In this document: piece by piece, positions 25,135-37,250 of the stretch
Position numbering within the stretch: position 1 is the first letter of the stretch
Layout of the letters: each line of letters begins with the position of its first letter
Assembly: GCA_050084515.1 (NCBI GenBank)
Contig: CM114271.1
Location: 1,426,001-1,490,000, forward strand
Length of the DNA: 64,000 nucleotides
Direction of reading: 5' to 3'
Source of the DNA: Blasia pusilla
Taxonomy: Eukaryota
Program-made: the position numbers and the translations under genes
The notes under the pieces: model-generated
Told to the model about the DNA's origin: nothing
Seen by the model: only the letters and a program-made list of their open reading frames with translations
Database searches by the model: none

Positions 25135-28100
25135 GGCCTATGAACCACCTCAAACTCATACTCATGTAGTAATAGAGCCCGCTTGGCAAGCTTTTCCGTA
25201 AGCTTTCGGACTCCATCAACCACCTTGACAGCTGATGATCAGTGATAAGGGTGAAAGGGTTGTCGATTAAATACACGTGAAATGTGCCATGGCCCACACT
25301 ATAGCCAAGCACTCTCCCTCGTAAGAACTGTACTTTGCCTCTGCAATGTTGTTTGATCGGCTTGCGTAAGCCACAACGAACTCCCTCTCCTTGTCATCCC
25401 TCTGAGTACGCACTACTCCTAGACCCAACATGCTCCAATCCGTATGTAATTGGAATGGGCCACCCCTAACCGATCTCTATCAAATGGGTGAGGATGTCAA
25501 CTTGTCCTTGAGCTCCTGAAATGCTCGCTCATTATCATCTCCCCACAACCAAACCTGATCAAGTCTCGTCAACAAGGTCAAAGACTTTGTGATCGCACTA
25601 AAACCCTTGACATACCATCGATAGAAGTTTTCCAGTCCAAGAAATGCTTGAACTCGACTCAGATTTGTAAGGTGTGGAATCTCCGCAATAGCCTCCACCT
25701 TTGTCTGTTGAACGCCTAACCCACTCGGGTATATGGTGTGTCCCAAGTACTCAATCTGCCTGAAAGAATTTGCACTTGCCTCCGCTCCATATCAGAATAC
25801 CTGTAGGGTCGACGAAAGATAGGCGTATCACTAGCCAACTCAATCAGTATCCCGTGACCCTTCAGCGTACCCAAGTCTCTCATACTGAAGGAAAAAAACC
25901 GACATGCCCTCTCAGAAATATATGAACTTGCCATCGTTCTACTCATGTCAACATGAGACCTATCACACGCTCCCAAGTCTCCATCGTGACCTCACTCGGA
26001 GAGGACGCAACCTCCGGCTTTGGTTGCTATGTAGCAACCCTAGCCACCTCCGCAACATCCACTCCACTCTGACCTCCTACACGAGGCTCCCCATCCAAAA
26101 ATGAATATGTGCTGCTCTCGACGCCTTCGCACTCTCCGCTCGAAGGACGTCCCAAGAAGTCCATGGGTGCCTATCTCTCCTCGTCATGCCCCTAGCCAAT
26201 GCCTCTACATACCTTATAGGCAATGGTCCAACTCGTGGACGTGACAACATGGATAACACTCACATCCATCTGTGCTCAGCCATACCTAGGCTGACTATCC
26301 ATGTGAGACAGTTGAGGTCCATCGCCTGCCCCAAAACCTGTCTGTGTGATGCCTCAGTCATACCTGGCACTGCCGTAGTACCCGTAAAGAACCCCATGGC
26401 GCGCTCATGCTCATTTGCTGTAGGCTTCTCCAATGCTCAGGTCACCTCATCCCAAATCATGCCTAGCCCTCCTTGACAAAAGGCATGGGATGCTAGGAAG
26501 CTCACCAACGTAGGTAAGGCTGCCCTCAACTCCCCCATCCTATTGGCCATCGCCAAGGGTGGTCTATCATCCCGCGTCACCACCAGAGATCGACGCTTTG
26601 AGCCCAAAATAGCATCCACAATGAGATGTGGTGCTCTCTGGACTCCATTGTATGCTCGACTCAGTACCTCTGATCGTATCAGGTTCGTCCACAACAGTCG
26701 TGGACGATGGGCGCGTGATCCAACTCTCGCTGCATCTAACAACATAGCAAGTCCCAACCAGGACCTCACTTGATGCACACTCGTCATCACACGTGCTCGA
26801 GTGTCTCCCAAAAATGGCACGTTCTCCAAAATGTACGCCGAAGAACATGTCGACTCTCCTGCAAGTGTCGTACTACTCGTAGCATCTCCCAAAACATGCT
26901 TGACCTCGGATTCTGCAATCCAAAGCCTCGGTTAGCTGATGAATGACCCTGACATGGCCATGCAGCAATCATCAAATGAATGGTGCCAACTCCATCTAGA
27001 TCTTGCGCCCCCACCAAAGAGATGTCGGCGGGTAGTGTATGCTAATATCTTTGTATTGCAGATACTGGAAATAACTCAGTATACCTCTGGACCAATCTTG
27101 CTACGTAACGTAATGATATTTGCCATGCAGTCTCATCTCTTTCCACATAAAGGTACTAATGCACCCGTATGCCCGCCTGCAATACCACTGCCAATCCTGT
27201 GCTAATCCCTCCAAAGAGATCTAATACCCTAACACCCTCCTCTGGACACTACCACACAACGGGTGTGGTATCCAGTGGGGTCAATGTCTCCACTCTAGGG
27301 GCCCAATCGCCACCTGACTCTCCTTGCTCCGGGATAAAAGCATGACTCCACGCCTGCCTAACGAGGTTGTCGGCACTCCTCTGTAGCTCTCGAGTTGAAT
27401 CCCACAATGGTGAAGAGGTCTCGCCAACATGGGAAGAGACACACGCCATGGCCTCTCTCTCCGTAGGACTATCCGCTACTAGAACATCCTCCGGATGTGC
27501 GTTCCCCTCCAACAACTCTCCCTGTGAAGGTTGCCAACGTGAAGGTTGCTAACACTACCTGTGAAGGTTGCCAACGTGGTCATAAACTCGTCTCGTGATC
27601 GACCTCCTCATCCTACTAATTGCATGGGTAATTGACTCATCCGGCCGTCACCTGACCGCCACCTTGGCAGATAAGCAACGGTCTCCTCCCATAAGTCAAG
27701 GATGAATCCTAGGGGATATAACACTATACTCCCTACCAACACATCATATGACCCAGCTGGTATCGTAATCGCACGTGTGCGTACCATAGCACTATCCATC
27801 GCATGCTCTAGCTGGACTCTAACAACTATCTCCTGTCGAGTCATATACTTTTTGGATGACATGCCCCCAATCGAGAGGTCTGTATCTGGAAGGGACAAGG
27901 CTCAATGTCGGGCTTCTCTAACCCCAACGCCAAACACGCCGGCTTCCCTAACATCAAGGGTTGTGCTCCCGAATCAAGAAGGACGCGCTGCAGGTGGTAT
28001 ACTGTCCCCGTCAGACTAACCAAGCGAAATACTCCAACTCGGTTATCTAGTAAAACTACTCCAGGTGTCACCACTGCTCGCTCTATGGCCGGTCGAGCTG

Positions 28101-30060
28101 GCATATCTACCAACTTCGCCGCCACCGCATGCCATGACTCTGTGGGGGACGTCTCAGGCACCCGCTCTGAGGGCAAGTTGACCACCTCCTCAACTACCTC
28201 TAAACAAGAAGAAATCACCTCTCCACGCTCACACAATGTGGGGGCCAGCCGGAACACCTCAGCTGGTCCAACTCCCAACGTGGCCAACTCTATGGCGGAA
28301 AATAGTGGAGTTTGGCTCACTTTGGTGGCCACCTCCAACACTATGGTTGACACTGACTCCACTCAAGCCGACATAGGAGTTGTCACTCCAACTCCTCATG
28401 ACGTCAACGAACCTGCCTGACGTGTAGGCATCGCTGCTCGTTGAGGCACCAGCGATGGCGGTGCCTCCAACAATGTGAATGATTGTGGAACCCTGGCCTG
28501 CCGCCCATGTGTCCCCTTCGCTTGGTCAATCTCAACTCCACCTCCGGATGGCTTAGTGTGTCTCGCAACACCCCGAGTCACCATTGCATCCACCTCAACC
28601 TGAGCTGCACTACACATAAAACCCATACTAGCGAGATCCTCACCCGGGTCAGGGTGAGAGGTAGAAGCTGGAGCCACACTAGTTGCTTGCGGCTCCGTGC
28701 CTTCCCTGAGCTGCATCATTGTCATGGCAGCAATCCTCTACTCCAACTGATCGATGCGTCAGAGAAGTGCCAGCTCTAGTGCTCCTGCTCCATCTCCTCT
28801 GGTTGGTGGTGGTCCTCTACCACCACGTCTAGGAATAACTCCCCAACCTCCTCCAGGACGACCACCCCTAGGCCCTCGGCCTACCTCTGGACGTGCCTCT
28901 TGACGAAGGTCAAAACATCTATCCCTAGTATGACCATATTTGTGGCAATAGTCACACTGGTACTGTGGTGGGGCCATCCTTTGTGGCTCCTGAGCAATTG
29001 GAGGCGCTCGTGGTCCTCTCCCATGCTGTGTGCAATCTCTCTGCCTATGGGCCCCTCCACACATCCAACAAGACAACATCGGTCCGTGATGGGCAACATA
29101 TGTAGGTACGGGTGGTTGCCTCATAGGCTCACAGTACCTACCTTGCTCTCTGGGCACAATGGCTTGCTCCCGTGGTACTGGAACTCCTTGTGGCACATGT
29201 GAGATCATCGTCGCTCGTGGACCCGTCGACTCTCTAGAAAGTCCAGCGGTCACTACTTGCTCCTCACTCATGTTGAGCTCAATACGCTCAGCACCGCATT
29301 TCGGACTCTCCTCCGTAGTTCTCGATCCAGAACCACGTACCAATACTGGACTGACTGCACCTCAATCACTCCATACATAGCAATGATCAGCCTCCTCATG
29401 CGCATGAATGCCTCTCTCAGACTCTCACCCGATCGTCATTGAAAATTCTGTAGACTCTTCATCTTGTCAGTACGTACACCCTGGTAGCTCTTCCCCAACT
29501 ATCGGAAGAACTCCACTGTGGGACTGAAGCTGGGTGGCCCTCTACCACCAGAGGTCTGTGCCACATGGCCAGTCTCACTGCCCTCCTCTCCATCTAGTCT
29601 CTAGGCTAATGATCTGGGTCTCTCTCCTTTCAAGATCCCATCATATACCTCGCGACCACTAGTGAACACATACTCTGGAGCCCAATACATCCTCCAGGCA
29701 TCAATCTCTATGGAATATAGTGATCGAAACTCCATGTATCATCCATCGGAGGACCCTCCAAGTGTTGGAACAACCCCTTCCACACCATGAAAGGTTTGAA
29801 CCGAGTCGGGGTCCGTATCTCCTAGAAGTCGCATCACGTGTCGTACTCCTGGATAAAATCATCTAAGTCAATGGTGCCCACTGCATCCGAGAAACAACGC
29901 ATGCCCCGATGGCCCATGTCGTCCACCTCCTGCCAAGTGATACTGCCTCCATCTGCGATCTCGTCACCAGACCCGGTGTCTTGTGATGACGATCCAACCA
30001 CGGGTGGATGTCGAGGTAGCTCCTCACTTGTTACCACTCTGTATCTCACTACACTCCATG
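25135..30060 (-). mobile_element. Degenerate Ty3/Gypsy copy A: gag, protease, C5 DNA methyltransferase, internally deleted RT, RNase H
   Basis: Gag IDLDDFIQEYDT; knuckles CWMCGGAHRQRDC and CDYCHKYGHTRDRC; protease VLLDSGAQPL; RT start PIFRRPYRYSDMER fused to GKCKFF..YLGH; AFLGLENFYR; RNase H TDW..VAYASR..FTLITDHQ. Confidence 0.9.
26290..27240 (-). pseudogene. Retrotransposon-encoded DNA (cytosine-5)-methyltransferase domain
   Basis: Motifs in canonical order: I VRVLDLFGGISTG, II YVERD, IV AAWPCQGHS (PCQ at 26949-26957), VI YILENVP (ENV at 26818-26826), VIII AHRPRLLWTN, X RQVLGQAMDLNCLTW. Stops and a frameshift are present. Confidence 0.88.
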
Positions 30061-31425
30061 TCACACCACTACTACTGCTAGCACTACCCCGTTCTTCTGA
30101 ACCGTGGAAGAACGTCGTGATAACAACTCTGTCTCACCCGCTCAAGCACTCACACTCACCGAGAGTCTCCCACACTCCTCACTACCTCACCTATGCTAAC
30201 ATCAATCCCATGATGACACGCCCAATCTCACGCACTCTCAACACTCAGGCTCACCATGAGCCTCCCACAAACTCACCTAACCTACCGACACTCTCGGATC
30301 ACATATGCGACCCCTACTTGGCAACCGTCGTATATCCACCAACATGCTACACATGAAAAGAGTTTACACTCGTCACCATCATTGCACCCACCTAGCATCA
30401 ACACTCTCAATCACATAAGATAAGTGTGAGAAAAGGGACTCAAACGGGTAACCTGATCACGCCCACCAACCTACTGTACCGTCAACATCCACTCCTCCAC
30501 ATGATATGAAAACCTCCGCAGCACAACACTCTCCTTGACCACCACGTCAAACCTCTCGTCAGCATCGGTGTGTATGCCTCCATCATAATCCCCGCAAACC
30601 CCAGCCATGCCCGAAATAGATCACATCCCGAATATCTCTCTGCCAGCCCCAGATGCATATCGTGCGCATACACATCGCTACACAACATACATCGCTATCA
30701 TCGAGCACACACGATCCCATGCTAACTCATGGCATCCCTACATAGAGGCAAGAAGTACCAAAATATCTCAAATCTCATTCTCTCTTTGTAAAGTAAGATC
30801 CAATCTCTCTCTACACCATCTCACACCGTAGCTCTCAAAGGTGTGCACTCTCTCTCATGGCAAACCAAACCCTCTCCAAGAGAGAAGTTTGGGTTACACT
30901 CACAAGGCAAGGGACCATAGCTCCGCCGCCTTATGCCAAGAGGTTCAACAAAGAGAGAATGAACTCTCTAGCTCTCTCTTGGAGATATACCCCCTTCCCT
31001 CTCCCAAGCACTCTCAACGGTAACCTATGCTTGCAGGTCATCTCCTTGGCTCTTGATCTGATGTAGTGGATCAAGGGCCACTTCCCAAAGTGGAAATTCA
31101 GCTATCCCTAATATGGGAACTTACCGGAAATAGTAAGTTTCTCTATATGGCTCCAAATGAGCCGAAACGAAGGGGAAACCTACTCTCTCAGGTTTCTCGA
31201 GGCCTCAATAGGTCATCCTTGACCTCCTAGGCCTGTCCTCCACTACTCGTGCAGACGCTTTGCTAGATCCCGCCGATCTATCCTAACAGTCGTGAAAACT
31301 GTCGTGCGCATACACATCGCTACACAACATACATCGTTGTCATCGAACACACACACAAACACACACGATCCCATGCTAACTCATGGCATCCATACGTAGA
31401 GGCAAGAAGTACCAAAATATCTCCA
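30050..31425 (-). repeat. LTR between Gypsy copy B (upstream) and copy A (downstream)
   Basis: Starts with TG at 31425 after PPT AGGGGGGCGAT (31426-31436). TATA-like GGGGTATATC near 30990. The inner part (30050-30500) matches the region 5' of gag in copy C. Inner boundary uncertain. Confidence 0.65.
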
Positions 31426-34400
31426 ATCGCCCCCCTAGTTGGTGGTTAGGTCCCTCTAACTCTAGATAGCCATCTATCCCTACCTACCACGACATACATC
31501 TCTAGGATGCTAAGAGCAGAAAGGCCGGGTGCTCATGTGGCCCCATCGTTGATCGCCTTCATGTCTTCCATGTCATAAAAAAATCGGAATCGAAACCTAC
31601 CTAGTATCTCCTCTATGTACATGTGGGACACATCCATCGTCCCTGAGGAACCCTAGTGAGAGGTGGCGTCAGACATGCCATATGCCAACCTCTCGAACAT
31701 CCATCACAGACTAGCATCGTGGCCGTACCACGAGCAGAACCACACAGCATACAACGCAAGCCTGCAAAAACTACTGTTGAGCTTGGATCTACTGTTCCAT
31801 CAATGTTAGGAAGGTGACATGGCACACAATTACGCACATGGTCCTTCCACACTATACCATCGCGTCCCTCCAGCAAGAGAACACCACATGGCAAAATGTC
31901 ACACACTTTCAAGAGAGTGCGCCCTGCAGTCACATCCAACGTCATCGGTGCCTTCAGCTACAAGTAGACATAATCTCCCTGATGAAACCTCTGGATAGTT
32001 GGTTGATAACCACCACCCCAAATAGTCGCATACCTCAACGTATCCCGATGTTGCGCAATCGCCAAGTTCTCGAACGACATGGGCATCACTCTCCAAAACA
32101 ACTCAGCCCTCTGAGAACATCCTTGCATCCATACATCTGGGTCATCAAGGTCCAGCACCTCAACAGCATCTCGACGAATGGCCGTAGGTAAATCTGGCTC
32201 TCGGCCATAAAGTAGCAAGTACAGTGAAAAAGACGCTAAGGATTCCTGCCTGCTAGATCTTTATTCCATCGCCAACCACGGCAACTAGAGGTCCCAATCT
32301 CCTAGGTGACCTCTCTATAAGCCATACTTGCATAAACTCCTCTTCACCGTCTACACAACTCTCTCCGCTAATCCATCCGCCTCGGGATGATCTCGCGAAG
32401 TCGTGCGGTGTTCGATCATCAACTAATCACACAAGGTCTGGAACTCATCGCGTAACTCGGTACCCTGGTCTATCAACACCTCAGCCGATGCGCCATAATG
32501 ACTCAAAACTCTCTCAAGTAAGGCATAAGCTACTCCCTCACTCGCTTTGTCAAGCAATGCAACCAACTCGATCCACTTTGAGAAGTGCTCGACCATCACC
32601 AACACATAACGACTTTCACACTCTGTCAAAGGCAAAGGTCCTGCAAAATCCAAACTCCATCTTTACCCTAAGCCCATGATTGGTAATGGATGCAACTATG
32701 GAGTCGGAGCATTGAACGATGCTTGGACCTGATCGCACACCATGCACCTGGCAACAAATTTTTGAACGTCAGTCTGCATGCCTCGCCACCATACTAAATC
32801 TGGAGCAAGTTGTACGTCCGCATCACCCCAAATTGACCCAACTCCTCGTGGGCATGTTGCACTAGTCATGCTCTCTTCAAAGGATTTGGCACTACGCATA
32901 CTCTACCATCCTCCCAAATCCTCAAAACATGTGTCCCCTCCCAACGGAACTGTCTGGCCCGCTGTAGCATCCGATCCCGCTCTCTAGCACCCATGGTGCT
33001 TGCAATGCTGCCAGTACGAAGGTACTCCAAGACTACTCCATCATCGTGAATATCTCGGCCACGTGTCGTCTCCTCACTGGCCTCGGGATCCAAGGACTCT
33101 CCACTAGACCTCGCCATCGAAGTCTCCACACTCTGGCTCTCCATAGCCAACATGCCTAAATAGGCTGACGCGTGCCAAGCTTCCCTGTAAATCTTGTCGG
33201 ACTCCATCAACCACTTCAATGGTTGATGATCAGTGATGATGGTAAAGGGGCTGCCGAATAAGTAACACTTGAAATGCACGACAACCCACACTACAGCCAA
33301 ACACTCACCCTCATATGAGTTGAACTTTGCCTCTGCAACATTGTTCGAGCGACTAGCGTAAGCCACCATGAACTCTCTACCCTCATCATCATGTTGGTTG
33401 AGCACCGCTCTAAGCCCCAACATGCTCCAATCTGTGTGCAAGTGGAAAGGACGCCCCTTGATCTGTCTCCTCAAGATGGACACGGACGTCAACCTATTTA
33501 TGCTCGCTCCTACTCATCCCCCCAGTGCCACTTATGCTCAACCTTGGTCAGTAAGGTTACCGACTTCGCAATCGAACTAAATCACTTGACGTACCACCGA
33601 TAGAAGTTTGCCAATCCCATGAATGCGAGAATATGGCTCACATGTGTAGGGCATGGAATGTGTGAGATAGCCTCTACCTTTGTCTGCTAAACACCAAGGC
33701 CCCCTGGGTATATCATATGACCCAAGTTCCCAATCTGGTCGTAGAAGAACTTGCACTTGCCTGGATGTAGCGTCAGCCCATGTAATTGCAATCGTCAAAA
33801 CACCTCCTCTAGATGTCGCTCATGCTTCTCAACCATGGCGCTAAAGACTATATATATAACACCTAGCAAAATCTAGACCAGCCAAGATCCCATCCATGAT
33901 CCTCTGAAACTCAGCCGGGGCGTTCTTAAACCCAAATGGTAAGAACCGCCACTGGTACAAACAATCCTTCCCGTGAGGATCGATGCCCCAAAATGCCGTC
34001 TTCTGCATGTCCTCCAATTAATCTAATAGGCAACTGATGGTATCCGGCTCGCAAATCCAATGAACTGAAGACCTTTTCCTGACCAATCGCATCAAAGATC
34101 TCCTCAGGGATGGGCATGGCATACTTATTGGACTTCGTCTCCCGATTGATAGGTCGGTAATCCCCACACATCCTTCTATCCGTCCAGTTGCCATGCACAT
34201 CCTCCTTGGCGGGCATGACAATGGCAGATGCATACTCCCCATATGACATCTCCACTAGTCCTGCTCTGACCAAGTCCTGTCTCCTACTCTGAATCAGAGT
34301 CCTCTCCATATCAGTGTACCTGTAGGATCATCGGAAGATCGACGTATCACTCGACAACTCAATGCGGATCCCCGGTCCCTTCAGCATACCCAAATCCTCC

Positions 34401-34465
34401 ATGCTAAACGCAAAGCAACTCCTATAACTCTTGAGGAACTGATGTATCCGGCGCCGCTCTCCTCT
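31426..34465 (-). mobile_element. Ty3/Gypsy copy B pol: RT, RNase H, integrase, C-terminal PHD finger
   Basis: RRMCGDYRPIN, FSSLDLRAGYHQ, LHTDWS..VAYASRS..TDHQPLKWL, integrase DFAGP..IDQGTE, PHD finger. Many stops. Confidence 0.92.
31616..31753 (-). other. PHD finger at the integrase C-terminus
   Basis: CMLCGSARGTATMLVCDGCSRGWHMACLTPPLTRVPQGRWMCPTC gives a full C4-H-C3 pattern. Confidence 0.92.
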
Positions 34466-36879
34466 GGGGGCTGGTATTCTGGCAGGAGAGAGTAAGAGAG
34501 GAGAGGAAGAGAGGAAGAGAGGAGAGTCTCTCTTCAAAAAAAAGGGCCAAATCCGCCTCCTCTCTTCAAAACTTTATGACATATTTGAAATTTTTGTTTG
34601 CTTTCAAATCCATGAAAACTTTAGAAGAGAGTAGGTAGTGGTCCACATTTGGTCCTAAAAAAACCTCCTTTTTCCTTGGGGCGAAAAAAAAATAGACATC
34701 ATAAGACCACTACAAACATTTTTCATCTCCTCATCTCGGTCAACAAAAAGCAATGCCCTTGGTATTTTTGTTGGAGGACCACCGGATGCCAACCCTAAGC
34801 ATCTACTCCAAGGCATCTTGCTGACATTTCTACCTCATCTACTTCGAACCTGCCTAACTAAAGCCTCTTGAGCAACATTGATGGCATAGGCTCGACCTGT
34901 CTCTTGGACATGCTTGAAGGTGAGATCTACCTCTATATTCTTCCCATGCTTGCTTCTTCTCAATCTGGTTCGAGCCCCGCCCTCAGTTCACACCTCCACT
35001 TAGCTCCACCTAGACAAATCTTCCAGAAATCACTCCTTGGATCCTCTCAACTCCATAGATCTCTCCCTTGGATTCTCAAGCTTTATGGCCTTCAAATGAG
35101 GTCCTCTAGGCTTCCATGAGGAATATTCTAGCCCACAAGAGTCCAAGCATTTGAGCTCAGCCTCCATTGACCTCTTCTTAGCCCCTTATTCTTCATTTCT
35201 TGGCCCTAACAATCAGATCCACCCCCTTGGTTCAAACCCTCCTCTACAACAGCAATCAAGCACTCTATCTCCTTCATTGGATACCCTGGAGACTCCCTAG
35301 TGCCTACACCATCTCCCTTGTCTCCTCTAGGCTTGAGGTCAATGGAGTGACTTGGCTGCATTATCACCTTGTACAATCTTCTTGACTTGTTCTTGGACAG
35401 CGTGCTGCTGGGCCTTTCTCTTGCACCACCTCCACAAGTCCAAAAAACATATTCCAGAAAACTTTTACAAAAACCATTATGGGTTCAAAAAATCTCGTCC
35501 TTTATTACCTCCGAAGGAACCTCGAAAATGTACATTGAACCTAGTCTATGATTTCTTCAGCCTCGTCATCTACAAATTTACTCCTAACTCTCCTCGGTGG
35601 CATGATACCAAAGGAATGTCCTGGGATTCAAGTGGCTCCTCGGCGGTTGTAGACGGGGATCGAAAATGTTGGCGATTTGAGAGCCTTGGCCCCCCCTAGG
35701 TACACCATAACGGTCCCATGTAACTGTCTCGAGTCCCACCGCCTTCCTCGGTATACCTTGTACGCTCGCAATGTGACACCCATCCAAGTATCAATATCGC
35801 TCCGTCCCGGTAATACCACTATGGCAACCGCAGGTAGAAGGAATCCAACACGTCGAGAGAAGAAAAAAGCCCTCGCTGCCTTTACGAGTTGAGGGGAAGG
35901 TGCCAAGGAAGAAGCCCGCCAGGATCGCCTCATCCGAAAGGGTCCGATCAGGCAACCTGTCGGAATCGACATGGTTTCTGGAGGTGGTAAAAGGGTCCGA
36001 TGGTCAAAAGCGAAAAGTTGAGGAGAAATCCGACGGTTGCGTGGTCATAAAGTGAAAATTGCAAGCGGGAGAAATCCGACGGGTTGCAAAGTAGAAGACC
36101 GTGGAGTACATAGATGATCACATTCGAAAAGACAAAATGATCACCAAACATTTACAAGCACCACCATCGATTGAAAAAATCTTTACGCTTTATATCATCC
36201 GAAAAAAGCTCGGAATCAGACATTTGATCTATTCTATGAAATCTTTTGCCAAATTATCAAAAACTCCCTACTCCAAAGCAGCTGCAGTCAAGTTGGGTCG
36301 TTGAGTTCTTTGAACTCACTCGTCATCGCCCGAGAGCTCTTGCAAAATCACTTTCGGCCTTGCCCCCGATTTTGGGAATCGTTGGAAGTGACGATGGACT
36401 CACTACCAAGGGTGGCTCGAACCGAGCTCTCGGCCCGGTGGAGAGTTGTACGCCCAACGAGCCTTTCAGATTCTGCCTTTGCCTCCTTGCAAAGGTCAAG
36501 CGATTCTGCTTTCCTCGAGCGGAGAATGTTCTGCCACTCTGCCAGCGCCTCGATACTCGCCCTGAAAGGCCCACTAAGTCGAACACCAAGTCACCCGGCC
36601 TTGAGCAGAGCTCGATGAGCGTTGCATCGGTCGGGCGACTTTTCCCTTCCTCCCGAAGCGGGTATGTCTTGCATGTAAATTCCGAGGGGAATTGTACAAA
36701 CTATCTAAGCTGTACCCATCGGGCATGGATCCACAGGATCCTGGATCTTGAACACTGGAAATTGTGCTCGGGCCAAATGAAGCAAGACACGTAGGAGTGG
36801 TCCATCGTAAATCAAGACAAAACAATGTCGAAACTAAAGAAGTCGCTTGAGAAGATTTTCAATAATCGACTTTGGATCA

Positions 36880-37250
36880 ACTTTGTCGGAGTCCGACGGG
36901 TTGTTTTGTCCCGGACCCACCCGTTGGAACCCGGACGGGTTGCGATTCTTTTGGGTTTTCCAAGTTGATTTTGGTTTTTTTCGGATGCAACCCGTCGGAA
37001 GCGGACGGGTTCCGCCTAGACCAGCCCATGCTCTTTGAGAGAAACCCGTCGATAGCAACCCGTCGCTATTAGGCGGGTTGCATCCAAAACAAAATCAATC
37101 GCAACCCGGAACCCGACGGGTTGCGGTACACCGCATGTGTTTTCCCCGTATGTGGGAAAGATGCAACCCGCCGGAAACCGACGGGTTGCTCACCGAGCAT
37201 GGGCTGCTCTAAGCCGACAACCCGTCGCCTTCCGCGGGTTGCTCACGAAA
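36880..37250. repeat. Palindrome cluster 1 (about 7 copies, intronic)
   Basis: Variants of GCAACCCGTCGGA-N-TCCGACGGGTTGC at ~36885, 36918, 36987, 37055, 37101, 37163 and 37218. Confidence 0.9.

Noticed and set aside
35628-35972. Ulp1/SUMO protease cargo as in some MULEs
   Set aside because: Only a vague LSDEAI similarity; no HW or QxxxxDCG catalytic motifs found.
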